A stretch of DNA of 63,932 nt, counting the filler, from Lama guanicoe (taxonomy: Eukaryota): assembly GCA_013239625.1 (NCBI GenBank). It is 77 parts of 77 records of this genome, joined end to end, with 100 filler letters (N's around TTAATTAATTAA, not from the genome) between each part and the next. Parts side by side here need not be neighbours in the genome. Positions count along the whole stretch, not along the records: positions 23,135 to 23,561 come from PNXV01025534.1; positions 23,662 to 24,786 come from MU057161.1; positions 24,887 to 26,011 come from MU057162.1; positions 26,112 to 26,608 come from MU057163.1; positions 26,709 to 27,580 come from PNXV01025547.1; positions 27,681 to 28,584 come from PNXV01025548.1; positions 28,685 to 29,453 come from MU057165.1; positions 29,554 to 29,678 come from MU057167.1; 69 more parts are not named here. One strand, written 5' to 3'. The first letter of the stretch is position 1; each line of letters opens with the position of its first letter. Made by a program: the position numbers and the translations under genes. Below the pieces are notes generated by a model that was given only the letters and a program-made list of their open reading frames with translations, was not told where the DNA came from and did no database searches. Below, in pieces: positions 23,035-35,431 of this stretch.

Positions 23035-24886
23035 NNNNNNNNNNNNNNNNNNNNNNNNNNNNNNNNNNNNNNNNNNNNTTAATTAATTAANNNNNNNNNN
23101 NNNNNNNNNNNNNNNNNNNNNNNNNNNNNNNNNNGTTTGGTCCTCCTTTTATTTGGTGACAAATGCTCCCTTATTAAATTTGTATCATTGTTTTGAAGAA
23201 GTGAGATGCGAATTGATTTATGCAGCTGCTGAGGGATTCTTTTCATGGAGTATTTAAACTTGTAAAGTCAAATTCTGCGGCAACTTGCAAGATTCCTGCT
23301 TTTATACAAACGTGCTCGGCACGTGGTTCCTGGCTGTCGCTGTGTGACGTGCGTGACGGCGCTTCCTGGCCGGCGGTCACTGGTGAGGAAGTGGCCGGCT
23401 CGGGACTGCAGGGGACGCTGTTGGAAGAAACAGTCACCGTTTGGTTCTTTAATTTTTTTTTTTTTGCATTCAAGTTCCCCATGCCATTTACATTACTTTG
23501 CCTTCATAAAGAGGCAGAATTGGGTCTAAAATCCATGCCACTATTTTGTTCCCTTTACGAGNNNNNNNNNNNNNNNNNNNNNNNNNNNNNNNNNNNNNNN
23601 NNNNNTTAATTAATTAANNNNNNNNNNNNNNNNNNNNNNNNNNNNNNNNNNNNNNNNNNNNTCCAAATGGTGTCATCCAGCAGGGACCTTAAGTGAGGCA
23701 CCCAAGCTCCAGGGTTGGTTTCTTCCATCAGCCCTTAAACTTCCTTGGGAGCCAGGACTGTCTCATTGCCCCAAGGATCCCTAATGCCTAGTGAGATTTC
23801 TGATACAGCTGGTACTTAATGAGCGGTCAAATGGAAAAACCTGATTAAAGAAAAGGCCCTCATTTTTCAGACATGCCTACTTGAGTACATAGGGTAAAAT
23901 GACATGTCTTCTTGGATTTGCTGTCAAATACCTCAACAAAGGACAAATAAAAGAACAAAGGTCTGAATAAAGGAAATATGGAAAAGTATGTGAATTCATT
24001 AATCTGGGTGATGGGCTTACTCTACTATACTTACTGATGTATACTTAAGTTAGTTTATAATTTTACTGTCATTAGCTGAATAGCAAGTATTAATACTTAT
24101 TAATTGAAATCCTTAGAACTGACCAAACTTACCCTACACAAAATCCTTAATATCCAAGTAGTCTGTCTTACAGAAATCTTTTCCCACAAAGACAGGAAAA
24201 AGTGGAAAGGCAAATCCGTGCAGTATTTCCACATTGTCAAAAGACCAAAGGCCGACACAAAACAAGAGATTGCAGAAAAGATAAAGGGGCTGAAATCAAT
24301 GTCTGAAAAACCTAGCTAAGAATCCTAAATGGCCGAACTTCACTAACCTCAGCACTGCCGCATCAAGAATGGAGCAAATAGCACCTAGNNNNNNNNNNNN
24401 NNNNNNNNNNNNNNNNNNNNNNNNNNNNNNNNNNNNNNNNNNNNNNNNNNNNNNNNNNNNNNNNNNNNNNNNNNNNNNNNNNNNNNNNNNNNNNNNNNNN
24501 NNNNNNNNNNNNNNNNNNNNNNNNNNNNNNNNNNNNNNNNNNNNNNNNNNNNNNNNNNNNNNNNNNNNNNNNNNNNNNNNNNNNNNNNNNNNNNNNNNNN
24601 NNNNNNNNNNNNNNNNNNNNNNNNNNNNNNNNNNNNNNNNNNNNNNNNNNNNNNNNNNNNNNNNNNNNNNNNNNNNNNNNNNNNNNNNNNNNNNNNNNNN
24701 NNNAGGAAAAGGCAATATATCGCATGGAAAACCGTCGTAAACTGCAACACAAGAAAATGAAAATGACAGTGAGCAGCCCGTGAAGCNNNNNNNNNNNNNN
24801 NNNNNNNNNNNNNNNNNNNNNNNNNNNNNNTTAATTAATTAANNNNNNNNNNNNNNNNNNNNNNNNNNNNNNNNNNNNNNNNNNNN

Positions 24887-26011
24887 ATTCAGTATTCTGT
24901 AATATATATTCGAAATTCTGTGTTCCGCATTCTATCTTCTAAATTGTATACCCAGTATTCGGTATTCTATATTCTATATTCTGTGTTCTTCATTCTATAT
25001 TCTATATTCTGTATTCATTATTCTGTATTCTATATTCTAAATTCTGTGTTCTGCATTCCATGTTCTAAATTCTGTTTTCTATATTCTCTCTCCTATATAC
25101 TATATTTTGTGTCCTTCATTCTATATTCTACATTCTATATTCTGCATTCCGTATTCTATATTCTAATTTCTGTGTTCTACATTCTATACTCTAAATTCTA
25201 TCTTCAGTATTCTGTATTCTGTATTCTAAATTCTGTGTTCTGCATTCCATGTTNNNNNNNNNNNNNNNNNNNNNNNNNNNNNNNNNNNNNNNNNNNNNNN
25301 NNNNNNNNNNNNNNNNNNNNNNNNNNNNNNNNNNNNNNNNNNNNNNNNNNNNNNNNNNNNNNNNNNNNNNNNNNNNNNNNNNNNNNNNNNNNNNNNNNNN
25401 NNNNNNNNNNNNNNNNNNNNNNNNNNNNNNNNNNNNNNNNNNNNNNNNNNNNNNNNNNNNNNNNNNNNNNNNNNNNNNNNNNNNNNNNNNNNNNNNNNNN
25501 NNNNNNNNNNNNNNNNNNNNNNNNNNNNNNNNNNNNNNNNNNNNNNNNNNNNTCTATATTCTGTATTCAGTATTCTGTATTCTATATTCTACGTTCTGTG
25601 TTCTGCATTCCATTTTCTAAATTCAGGGTTCTATATTCTGTATTCTCTATTCTATATTCTGTTTTGTACAGTCTATTTTCTAAATTATATTTTCTGTATT
25701 CCGTATTCTATATTCTAAATTTTGTGTTCTACATTCTATATTCTAAATTCTTTATAGAGTATTGTGTATTCTGTACTCTAAATTCTGGGTTCTGCATTCC
25801 ATGTTTTAAATTCTGGGTTCTGTATTCTGTTTCCCATATTCCATATTCTGTGTTCTACATTCTATTTTCTGTATTCTACATTATGCATTCCTTATACTAT
25901 ATTCTATATTCTGTGTTCTACATTCTATATTCTAAATTCTTTATAGAGTATTGTGTATTCTGTACTCTAAATTCTGGGTTCTGCATTCCATGTTTTAAAT
26001 TCTGGGTTCTG
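24887..26011 (+). repeat. Heptamer satellite showing a 189-bp (27 x 7) higher-order repeat
   Basis: TTTATAGAGTATTGTGTATTCTGTACTCTAAATTCTGGG at 25751 and 25940; 63-aa period in the spurious ORF. Confidence 0.95.
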
Positions 26012-26111
26012 NNNNNNNNNNNNNNNNNNNNNNNNNNNNNNNNNNNNNNNNNNNNTTAATTAATTAANNNNNNNNNNNNNNNNNNNNNNNNNNNNNNNNN
26101 NNNNNNNNNNN

Positions 26112-26608
26112 CCCTCCCTGAACGCTGCCTCTGCTACCTCAAATTAGGCAGCTCGGATCTCCATCTCAGAATCAACTGTTGGGATATTTTGCACTGGATT
26201 CTTTGAGTTCTGTCAGCCAAGCATCTGCTGTGCACTCTTCTAACACTCAGCGCATCACCTTCAGTCCCATGTCTCTTGTCCGCTTGAGAGTGTGCGTCCA
26301 AGTTAAGAGAGTTTCACCTTTACTGCTCCATCAACAGGGCTCAGACCATGCACTGGTATCCATTCCCTGCTTTTCCTTCTCCTGCTTCCAGGTGTTCTGA
26401 GGCCTNNNNNNNNNNNNNNNNNNNNNNNNNNNNNNNNNNNNNGGCAAGTGTCCTGTGCCAAGGGCTGGGTGAGTGGATGTTTCCATTGCTGTGTTCATGG
26501 GAGCGAGTGAGCGCAGGTTGCACTGCTTCTCTGTCAAATGGGCATCGATGAATCATCAATTTCTAGATACATTTCACAGAAATGTGATTTTTTTTATCTC
26601 TTTGTTTC
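26112..26608 (-). repeat. Macro-repeat piece D
   Basis: Overlaps piece C (21770-22010) and piece E (53087-53180). Confidence 0.88.
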
Positions 26609-26799
26609 NNNNNNNNNNNNNNNNNNNNNNNNNNNNNNNNNNNNNNNNNNNNTTAATTAATTAANNNNNNNNNNNNNNNNNNNNNNNNNNNNNNNNNNNN
26701 NNNNNNNNTAAAGTTTAAAGTTTAAACTTAAAGTTTCACGTTTGGGTAAGTGTTTTTTCCAACTTTTCTGCTAAGTGTTACTGTCTAATATTTATGGCT

Positions 26800-27580
26800 G
26801 GAATTTACACTCACCTAAACTTCTTCAAGAATAACTTGACTATCATTGGCTGTGTCTTTTTCCATATAAATTTTAGAGTAAGTGTGTTGAGTACCATTCA
26901 AACCTCTGCCAGCATTTAATCATAGAGATTAAATCTGTGAATCACTTTGGTAAGATTTTATATGGTTAAAATATAGGCTTTCCATATTCATGAAGAAGCT
27001 ATATTTCTCCAGTTACTTTTGTATCTTTAATGCATTTCCACACAGTCATATTTTTTTTCTGACGGCACGCAAGACTTTTATTTGGTGAATTTCTTTTCTT
27101 CGTATTTTCTGTGGTTAAAATTGTATCTGTTTATTGCATTTCAAACATTTTGTTTCTAGGCATAGAAATACACCTGATATTTAGTCTTTGTAAACTACTC
27201 TTTTTATACATAAAACTACTCTTTCTATTTTTTTAACATAAACAGTTTAGATTATTTCTTTAAGATTCTAGTAAATAATACATTTGATTCTGTTTCTTAC
27301 TAAGTTCTTAAGTACCTCCCTTACAATGATGAAATGAAGAGGTCATAGAGGATATTGTTACCTTGTTTCTAATTTTGAAGTTAATGTTTTTACCTTTTAT
27401 GTATTAATCACAGTAGTTTACTTTGGGTGTTTTTTTTCCAGATATTCTTTGTCAGAATAAAGAAGTTCTTTCATTTCTTGTTTTCTAAGAGCTTTTTATC
27501 AAGAATAGTATTGGACTTTAATCACGTACTTTGCATCTTCTGAAATGATCAATTGCTTTTCCCCTTGTAGATTTGTAATC
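26800..27580 (-). mobile_element. Ancient L1M/L1ME ORF2 relic
   Basis: TTCCATATAAATTTTAGAGTAAG..TTCATGAAGAAGCTATATTTCTCC..AGATATTCTTTGTCAGAATAAAGAAGTTC antisense L1 landmarks. Confidence 0.75.
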
Positions 27581-27680
27581 NNNNNNNNNNNNNNNNNNNN
27601 NNNNNNNNNNNNNNNNNNNNNNNNTTAATTAATTAANNNNNNNNNNNNNNNNNNNNNNNNNNNNNNNNNNNNNNNNNNNN

Positions 27681-28584
27681 TGCTGGAGAAACACTTACTC
27701 TGGATTCTCAGTCGGTTTCCTAGTGCCAGCTGGAAGTTCCTGCAGTTTTCACCGTAAAACCGACTTGGAGCTTGTACCTCCACATATATATGTATGGAGT
27801 GTAGTTTGCAAATAAAGAGAAACCTTGTTCTCCCAACAAGGTAGGTGAAGTACGGCTTTCACAAACGCTTAACCCTCAAATCTGAGCATGAGGGGAGACG
27901 TTCGTTCATCTTGTACAAAGGGAACAGTTTGCAGGAGAAACACTTTCTCTTGTTTCTCAGTCTGTTTCCTAGAGCCGGTTTGAAGTTCCTGCAGTTTTCA
28001 CTGTAAAACCGAGTTGGAGCTTGTACCTCCCCATATATATGTATGGAGTGGTGTCTGCAACTGAAGAGAAATTTTGTGTCCCCAACAACCTAGGTGAAGG
28101 ATGGCTTTCACACACACTTATCTCTCAAAACTGAGCATGTGGAGAGACGTTCATTCATCTACAAAAAGGGAACATGTTGCAGGAGAGACAATAACTCTGG
28201 TTTCTCAGTCTGTTTCCAAGTGCCGGTATGAAGTTTCTGGAGTTTTCGCTGTAAAACCGAGTTGGTTCTTGTACCTCCCCATATATATGTATGGAGTGGT
28301 GTCTGCAACTGAATAGAAACTTTGTGTTCCCTTTTTAAAACGGCTTTCACACACGCTTAACTCTCAAAACTGAGCATGTGGAGAGATGTTCGTTCATCTA
28401 GCACAAAGGGAACAGTTTGCAGGAGAAACACTTACTCTGGATTCTCAGTCTGTTTCCTAGTGCCGGTTTGAAGTTCCTGCACTTTTCACCGTAAAACCGA
28501 GTTGGAGAATGTACCTCCCCATATATATATATGGGGGGGAATTTGCAACTGAAGAGAAAATTTGTGTTCCCTACAATCTAGGTG
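27681..28584 (+). repeat. About 249-bp satellite array fragment
   Basis: GTAAAACCGA at 27754, 28003, 28251, 28491 (249, 248, 240 bp). Confidence 0.95.
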
Positions 28585-28684
28585 NNNNNNNNNNNNNNNN
28601 NNNNNNNNNNNNNNNNNNNNNNNNNNNNTTAATTAATTAANNNNNNNNNNNNNNNNNNNNNNNNNNNNNNNNNNNNNNNNNNNN

Positions 28685-29453
28685 TATAGAATACAGAATA
28701 CTGAATAGAGAATTTAGAATATAGAATGTAAAAAAAAGAATTTAGGGTATAGATTAACGAATGCAGAATATAGAATTTAGAATACAGAATGAAGAACACA
28801 GTATATAGAATATTGAATAGAGAATATAGAACTCAGAATTTAGAACATAGAATGCAGAACACAGAATTTAGAATGTAGAATACAGAACACTGAATATAGA
28901 GCTTATAATATAGAATGTAGAACACAGAATATAAAATAGAGGATAGAGAAAATAGAAGCCAGAATNNNNNNNNNNNNNNNNNNNNNNNNNNNNNNNNNNN
29001 NNNNNNNNNNNNNNNNNNNNNNNNNNNNNNNNNNNNNNNNNNNNNNNNNNNNNNNNNNNNNNNNNNNNNNNNNNNNNNNNNNNNNNNNNNNNNNNNNNNN
29101 NNNNNNNNAACACAGAATATAGAATATAGAATAGAGAATATAGAACACAGAATTAAGAACATGGAATACAGAGCACACAATTTAGAATACAGAATACAGA
29201 ATACTGAATATAGAATTTACAGCATAGAATGTAGAACACAGAAATTAGATTATAGAGTACGGAATGCAGAATAAATTTTTTAGAATATAGAATGAAGAAC
29301 ACAGTATAAATAGTATAGCACAGAGAATATAGAACACAGAATTTAAATCATGGGATGCAGAACACAGAATTTACAAAATAGAATACAGAATACTGAATAT
29401 AGTATTAAAATATAGAATGTAGAACACAGAGTATAGAATATACAATACTGAAT
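28685..29453 (-). repeat. Heptamer satellite fragment (GAA strand shown)
   Basis: 7-bp GAA periodicity; 28720-28965 closely matches 54560-54830. Confidence 0.97.
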
Positions 29454-29553
29454 NNNNNNNNNNNNNNNNNNNNNNNNNNNNNNNNNNNNNNNNNNNNTTA
29501 ATTAATTAANNNNNNNNNNNNNNNNNNNNNNNNNNNNNNNNNNNNNNNNNNNN

Positions 29554-29678
29554 TCTATATTCTTAATCCTATATTCAGAATTCAGTATTCTTTATTCTAT
29601 ATTCTGTGTTCTGCATTCCATATTCTAAAATCTATATTCAGTATTCTGTATTCTTTATTCTAAGTTTTGTGTTCTGCA
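29554..29678 (+). repeat. Heptamer satellite fragment
   Basis: 7-bp TTC periodicity. Confidence 0.95.
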
Positions 29679-29785
29679 NNNNNNNNNNNNNNNNNNNNNN
29701 NNNNNNNNNNNNNNNNNNNNNNTTAATTAATTAANNNNNNNNNNNNNNNNNNNNNNNNNNNNNNNNNNNNNNNNNNNNATCTATG

Positions 29786-29791
29786 TTTATT
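29786..29791 (-). promoter_or_regulatory. AATAAA polyadenylation signal of the HSFY copy
   Basis: About 95 nt downstream of the HSFY stop codon on the same strand. Confidence 0.6.
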
Positions 29792-29884
29792 GTTCAAATG
29801 AGAAAATTGCAGATATTTGTGGACATTACCCAACATCAATTTTAATCTTTGTCATCCTGCATAATCTGGTAGTCCTCTGGTAGA

Positions 29885-30266
29885 TCAGTTGTGATTAGGA
29901 TGACGTTCATAAACTGAAGATGGCTGATGAGTTTGCCGTGAAAGAGAGGAAGCTGATGTATCATCTATCACTGGCACTGGAAATCGTGGGTTGCTCCCTG
30001 GTTGAAGTTTAGGAAAACGACCTTCATTGGCATATATGTTGTGATATACATTTGGAAATATAGAAGGCTCCAACATCAGTCCAAAATAAAATAATTGCTC
30101 TTTATGGAAGGCAAGATGCTGTACTGAGAAGTAGAAATTGTTGTTGTAATGAAGTTCACAACACAGCTATTTGCTTCAGTGTAGCTGTTTTGAGAGTGCC
30201 CATAGACAGTGGTCAAATGATTTAAAATAGTACTTTGATCAACTGCAATTTGTTCTGGTGGTCTAA
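29885..30266 (-). pseudogene. HSFY: HSFY (Y-type heat shock transcription factor) last exon, C-terminal part, with a 5-bp frameshifting duplication
   Basis: RPPEQIAVDQSTILNHLTTVYGHSQNSYTEANSCVVNFITTTISTSQYSILPSIKSNYF / GLMLEPSIFPNVYHNIYANEGRFPKLQPGSNPRFPVPVIDDTSASSLSRQTHQPSSVYERHPNHN* matches the recalled HSFY C-terminus (..VNFITTTTSQYHIISPLQNGYFGLTVEPS..PAGNPW..YHPNYN*); AAAAT duplicated at 30083-30092. Confidence 0.88.
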
Positions 30267-30366
30267 NNNNNNNNNNNNNNNNNNNNNNNNNNNNNNNNNN
30301 NNNNNNNNNNTTAATTAATTAANNNNNNNNNNNNNNNNNNNNNNNNNNNNNNNNNNNNNNNNNNNN

Positions 30367-31084
30367 TAGGAAACAGACTGAGAAACCAGAGTAAGTGTTT
30401 CCCCTGCAACGCGTTTCTATTGTGCTGGATGAACGAACGTCTCTCCACATGCTCAGTTTTGAGAGATAAGTGTGTGTGAAAACCGTCCTTCACTTAGTTA
30501 GCAGGGAACACAAAGATTCTTTTCAGTAGCAAATTCCACTCCATACATATATATGGGGAGGTACAAGCTCCAACCCGNNNNNNNNNNNNNNNNNNNNNNN
30601 NNNNNNNNNNNNNNNNNNNNNNNNNNNNNNNNNNNNNNNNNNNNNNNNNNNNNNNNNNNNNNNNNNNNNNNNNNNNNNNNNNNNNNNNNNNNNNNNNNNN
30701 NNNNNNNNNNNNNNNNNNNNNNNNNNNNNNNNNNNNNNNNNNNNNNNNNNNNNNNNNNNNNNNNNNNNNNNNNNNNNNNNNNNNNNNNNNNNNNNNNNNN
30801 NNNNNNNNNNNNNNNNNNNNNNNNNNNNNNNNNNNNNNNNNNNNNNNNNNNNNNNNNNNNNNNNNNNNNNNNNNNNNNNNNNNNNNNNNNNNNNNNNNNN
30901 NNNNNNNNNNNNNNNNNNNNNNNNCCCGTTCCCTTTGTGTTGGATGAACGAACGTCTCTCCACATGCTCAGTTCTGAGAGATAAGTGTGTGTGAATGCCG
31001 TCCTTCACCTAGTTTGAAGGGAACACAAATTTTCTTTTCAGTAGCAAATTCCACTCCATACATATATATGAGGAGGTACAAGCT
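30367..31084 (-). repeat. About 249-bp satellite fragment
   Basis: Reverse complement of the 27681-28584 monomer (GATGAACGAACGTCTCTCCACATGCTCAG, CCATACATATATATG). Confidence 0.95.
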
Positions 31085-31184
31085 NNNNNNNNNNNNNNNN
31101 NNNNNNNNNNNNNNNNNNNNNNNNNNNNTTAATTAATTAANNNNNNNNNNNNNNNNNNNNNNNNNNNNNNNNNNNNNNNNNNNN

Positions 31185-31976
31185 ATGTTTTAATTTCTGG
31201 GTTCTGTATACTCTATTATATATTCTGTGTTCTTCACTTTATGTTCTAAATTCAATATTCAGTATACAGTATTCTATATTCCAAATTCTGTGTTCTGCAT
31301 CCATGTTCTAAGTTCTGTGTTATGATTTCTGTTTACCATATACTATATTCTGTGTTCTACATTCTATATTCTGTATTCTATNNNNNNNNNNNNNNNNNNN
31401 NNNNNNNNNNNNNNNNNNNNNNNNNNNNNNNNNNNNNNNNNNNNNNNNNNNNNNNNNNNNNNNNNNNNNNNNNNNNNNNNNNNNNNNNNNNNNNNNNNNN
31501 NNNNNNNNNNNNNNNNNNNNNNNNNNNNNNNNNNNNNNNNNNNNNNNNNNNNNNNNNNNNNNNNNNNNNNNNNNNNNNNNNNNNNNNNNNNNNNNNNNNN
31601 NNNNNNNNNNNNNNNNNNNNNNNNNNNNNNNNNNNNNNNNNNNNNNNNNNNATATTCTAAATTCAGTGTTCTGCATTCCATGTTCTAAATTCTGGGTTCT
31701 ATATTCTCTATTCTCTATTCTATATTCTGTGTTCTTCATTGTATATTCTACATTCTATATTCTGCATTCCGTATACTATATTCTATATACTGTGTTCTAC
31801 ATTCTATATTCTAAATTCTATATTCGTATTCTGTATTCTATATTCTTAATTCTGTGTTCTAATTTCCATGTTCTAAATTCTGAGTTCTCTATTCTCTATT
31901 CTTTATTCTATATTCTCTGTCCTTCAATCTATATTCTAAATTCTATTTTCAGTATTCTCTATTCAATATTCTAAAT
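31185..31976 (+). repeat. Heptamer satellite fragment
   Basis: 7-bp TTC periodicity. Confidence 0.97.
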
Positions 31977-32076
31977 NNNNNNNNNNNNNNNNNNNNNNNN
32001 NNNNNNNNNNNNNNNNNNNNTTAATTAATTAANNNNNNNNNNNNNNNNNNNNNNNNNNNNNNNNNNNNNNNNNNNN

Positions 32077-32936
32077 TTCTGAGTGTGGGGAGGTTCCTCA
32101 AACTGACAGCAGCTCCTGGGTTCTAATAGTATTCCTTAGCTTCTGTTCCCTGAGTGTTCCTTTAGGCGAGGCCATGAGGGAAAGCTGGGGGTTGGGCTTG
32201 GCGGCCAACTAGCAGTGAGTGCCCCCTGATCCACTGAGGAAGTACCTAGAGGACTTCTCCCTGAACGGAACACCTTTTCCTCCATTCATCTGGGTGCAGT
32301 GGGGCTGCACACCTCTCCCACACCTAAGAATGTGTTCTGGAATTCTGAGTGCAGGGAAGTTCCTCCNNNNNNNNNNNNNNNNNNNNNNNNNNNNNNNNNN
32401 NNNNNNNNNNNNNNNNNNNNNNNNNNNNNNNNNNNNNNNNNNNNNNNNNNNNNNNNNNNNNNNNNNNNNNNNNNNNNNNNNNNNNNNNNNNNNNNNNNNN
32501 NNNNNNNNNNNNNNNNNNNNNNNNNNNNNNNNNNNNNNNNNNNNNNNNNNNNNNNNNNNNNNNNNNNNNNNNNNNNNNNNNNNNNNNNNNNNNNNNNNNN
32601 NNNNNNNNNNNNNNNNNNNNNNNNNNNNNNNNNNNNNNNNNNNNNNNNNNNNNNNNNNNNNNNNNNNNNNNNNNNNNNNNNNNNNNNNNNNNNNNNNNNN
32701 NNNNNNNNNNNNNNNNNNNNNNNNNNNNNTGGGCTCTAAATCCAAGTATTAGCTAGTGCTTCTCCATGGGATTTGGAGGTTATTAACCAAAAACCCACAA
32801 CATGGGAATACCTGTGCTCCTTGAAAAATGCGTTGACTCTGTATCCCCACCTCCAGAACACATATGCAGAAGTGTTCTGTTATCCTAAGTGTGGGCTGGC
32901 ACTTTTAGGTTACAGAAGCGGCTGGGTTCTAATAGA
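32077..32936 (+). repeat. Divergent multimeric 267-related satellite
   Basis: TTCTGAGTG at 32077 and 32343 (266 bp); 32320-32366 matches reverse complement of 16050-16100. Confidence 0.85.
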
Positions 32937-34004
32937 NNNNNNNNNNNNNNNNNNNNNNNNNNNNNNNNNNNNNNNNNNNNTTAATTAATTAANNNNNNNN
33001 NNNNNNNNNNNNNNNNNNNNNNNNNNNNNNNNNNNNACTGTGAAAGCATTTTTTGAACTCTACAGAACTGACAAAACATAACTGAGAATTCCCAGGCTCC
33101 TTTGAGGCTGTCATTTTTGGTTTCTGGCCAACCCCCGTCAATGGGCAGAACCACCCCAATACCAAGCCATGGGACTCACGTGGGGAGGAGTTTTGGAGAA
33201 ATTTCCACGTATAGAATGTAACCAACTATACGTAGAACTCTCACAAAATAAAAGATGCAATACTCTGATTTTGGAAGACACTCAAAATATTCTTCTAAGC
33301 CTAAGTAGCTCAGCCACTTATTTATTTCACAGCCAGTAAGCGTCTCCCACAAGCCCTATATCCCTGTGTCTGCTGGCAGCCTCAGGCACACTCTTGCTGT
33401 CCATCTTGTAAGTCACAGGGAAAAGGCGTGTGTCTCACGCCTACAACCCTCACACAGGCTCGCCTCCTAGCCTCACTGTATGAATTTGGCCCCATTTTCT
33501 CACCTGTTTATTTGATATCGGTTCTTCTGTAAGCTGCCTGAAATGCGTTTTGGAACATGTCAGAAGAATCAGTGGGTAGATAAATGGACAGATTGAGAGG
33601 TAAAAGATGGGCAGACAGACTCCAAGAAAAGGGGAACAAAGAAAATTTCCTATGCAAAACACTCTTCACTCTTCTAATCAGGGAAGGAAACCACCACGGA
33701 AAAGTGTGAAGAGGCAGGTAGCTTAGGACTGTTTCCTGGATTCCATGAAAAGTAACACCAAGAGATGAGAGGGTAGAACTTTAAATAGTAAAAGAAAAAA
33801 AGCACTCATGCTTGAAAAATATATCTACAATATGTACTTTCTAAACAACAGATTAAAATCAGCAGGGCCCAATAACACTATCCTTGTGTATTTATAGAAG
33901 TGAGNNNNNNNNNNNNNNNNNNNNNNNNNNNNNNNNNNNNNNNNNNNNTTAATTAATTAANNNNNNNNNNNNNNNNNNNNNNNNNNNNNNNNNNNNNNNN
34001 NNNN

Positions 34005-34674
34005 TATTTTGCTAATTTGTGCTCTCTCTTTTTTCTTCTTTGTGAGTCTGGCCTGCGGATTGTCGATTTTATTTACTTTTTGAAATAACCAGCTTTTGGT
34101 TTGGTTGATTTTTTCTATGGTCTTGTTAATCTCTATTGTATTTAATTCCTCTCTGATCTTTATTATTTCCTTCCTTCTGCTGCTTTTTGGGGCTTTTTGT
34201 TGTTCTAGTTGTTCTTTTTCTAATTGATTCAGGTGGTGGGTTAAATTGTTTATTTGAGATTGTTCTTCTTTTTTGAGGAAGGCCTGTATCGCTATAAACT
34301 TCCCTCTTAGCACTGCCTTTGCTGTTTCCCATAGGTTTTTAATGGTTGTGCTTTCATTGTCATTTGTCTCAAGATATTTTTTAATTTCAGCTTTGATTTC
34401 CTCATTGATCCATTGTTTTTTCAATAACATATTGTTTAATATCCATGCTTTCCTTTTTTTCTCCTTTGTTTCTCTGTTGTTGATTTCTAGTTTCATGGCA
34501 TTGTGGTCAGTAAACATGCTTGAGATAATTTCTATCTTCTTAAATTTGTTGAGGTTTCTTTAGTGTCCAAGTACATGAACGATCCTGGAAAATGTTCCAT
34601 GGGAACTTGAAAAGAATGTATATCGTATTTTTTGGGGGTGTAATGCTCTGAAAATATCCACCAAATGTAGTTTT
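34005..34674 (-). mobile_element. Relatively young LINE-1 ORF2, endonuclease end and linker, inactivated
   Basis: YTFFSSSHGTFSRIVHVLGH*RNLNKFKKIEIISSMFTDHNAMKLEIN..NLWETAKAVLRGKFIAIQA..KSWLFQKVNKID; one in-frame stop. Confidence 0.97.
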
Positions 34675-35431
34675 NNNNNNNNNNNNNNNNNNNNNNNNNN
34701 NNNNNNNNNNNNNNNNNNTTAATTAATTAANNNNNNNNNNNNNNNNNNNNNNNNNNNNNNNNNNNNNNNNNNNNACTGTCTGGGCCCCTTGCACAGCCTG
34801 TGCACAGGTGACAGCGCAGATGTTCCGAGCAGTCGTCCCAGACAGGGCAGTGGGTTGGAAATGAGTTTGGGGATTTAGTTTCATTACATAGCTTCCTGAG
34901 GGACTTGGCCTGGCATTTTGACTGGGAGCATTCCCTGTCCCACAGACTCATGCTCTGGGCCCGTGCAGGCCTGACGTGGCCTCAGCCTGAGGCTCAGGGC
35001 CCGTGGTGAAGCGGAGCATTTTAGTGCAGGGTCTGCCGGAGGCTCTGACACTTCCGGGCTGTGGGACTTTGTCCAGGATGATAANNNNNNNNNNNNNNNN
35101 NNNNNNNNNNNNNNNNNNNNNNNNNNNNNNNNNNNNNNNNNNNNNNNNNNNNNNNNNNNNNNNNNNNNNNNNNNNNNNNNNNNNNNNNNGTGTTTAAGGA
35201 GCTCGCAGTCACTCTGTCAGCCTCTCACTGTGCGCTCTGTGCTTTGAGAGGTTGTGTGTTTGGTGAAAGTCCAGCCCAGACCCTAGGCTCTAGATGAACT
35301 GTTGTTCCTTTACTTTCCCTTCCTTTTCCTCNNNNNNNNNNNNNNNNNNNNNNNNNNNNNNNNNNNNNNNNNNNNTTAATTAATTAANNNNNNNNNNNNN
35401 NNNNNNNNNNNNNNNNNNNNNNNNNNNNNNN

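Noticed and set aside
24104..24319. Lys-rich 71-aa ORF after a possible acceptor
   Set aside because: No recognisable homology; explained by A-rich composition
24920..26059. 379-aa hydrophobic YSVFYIL-repeat ORF and similar ORFs at 31666, 44107, 46708, 54732
   Set aside because: Translation of the heptamer satellite; the open frame follows from the repeat register
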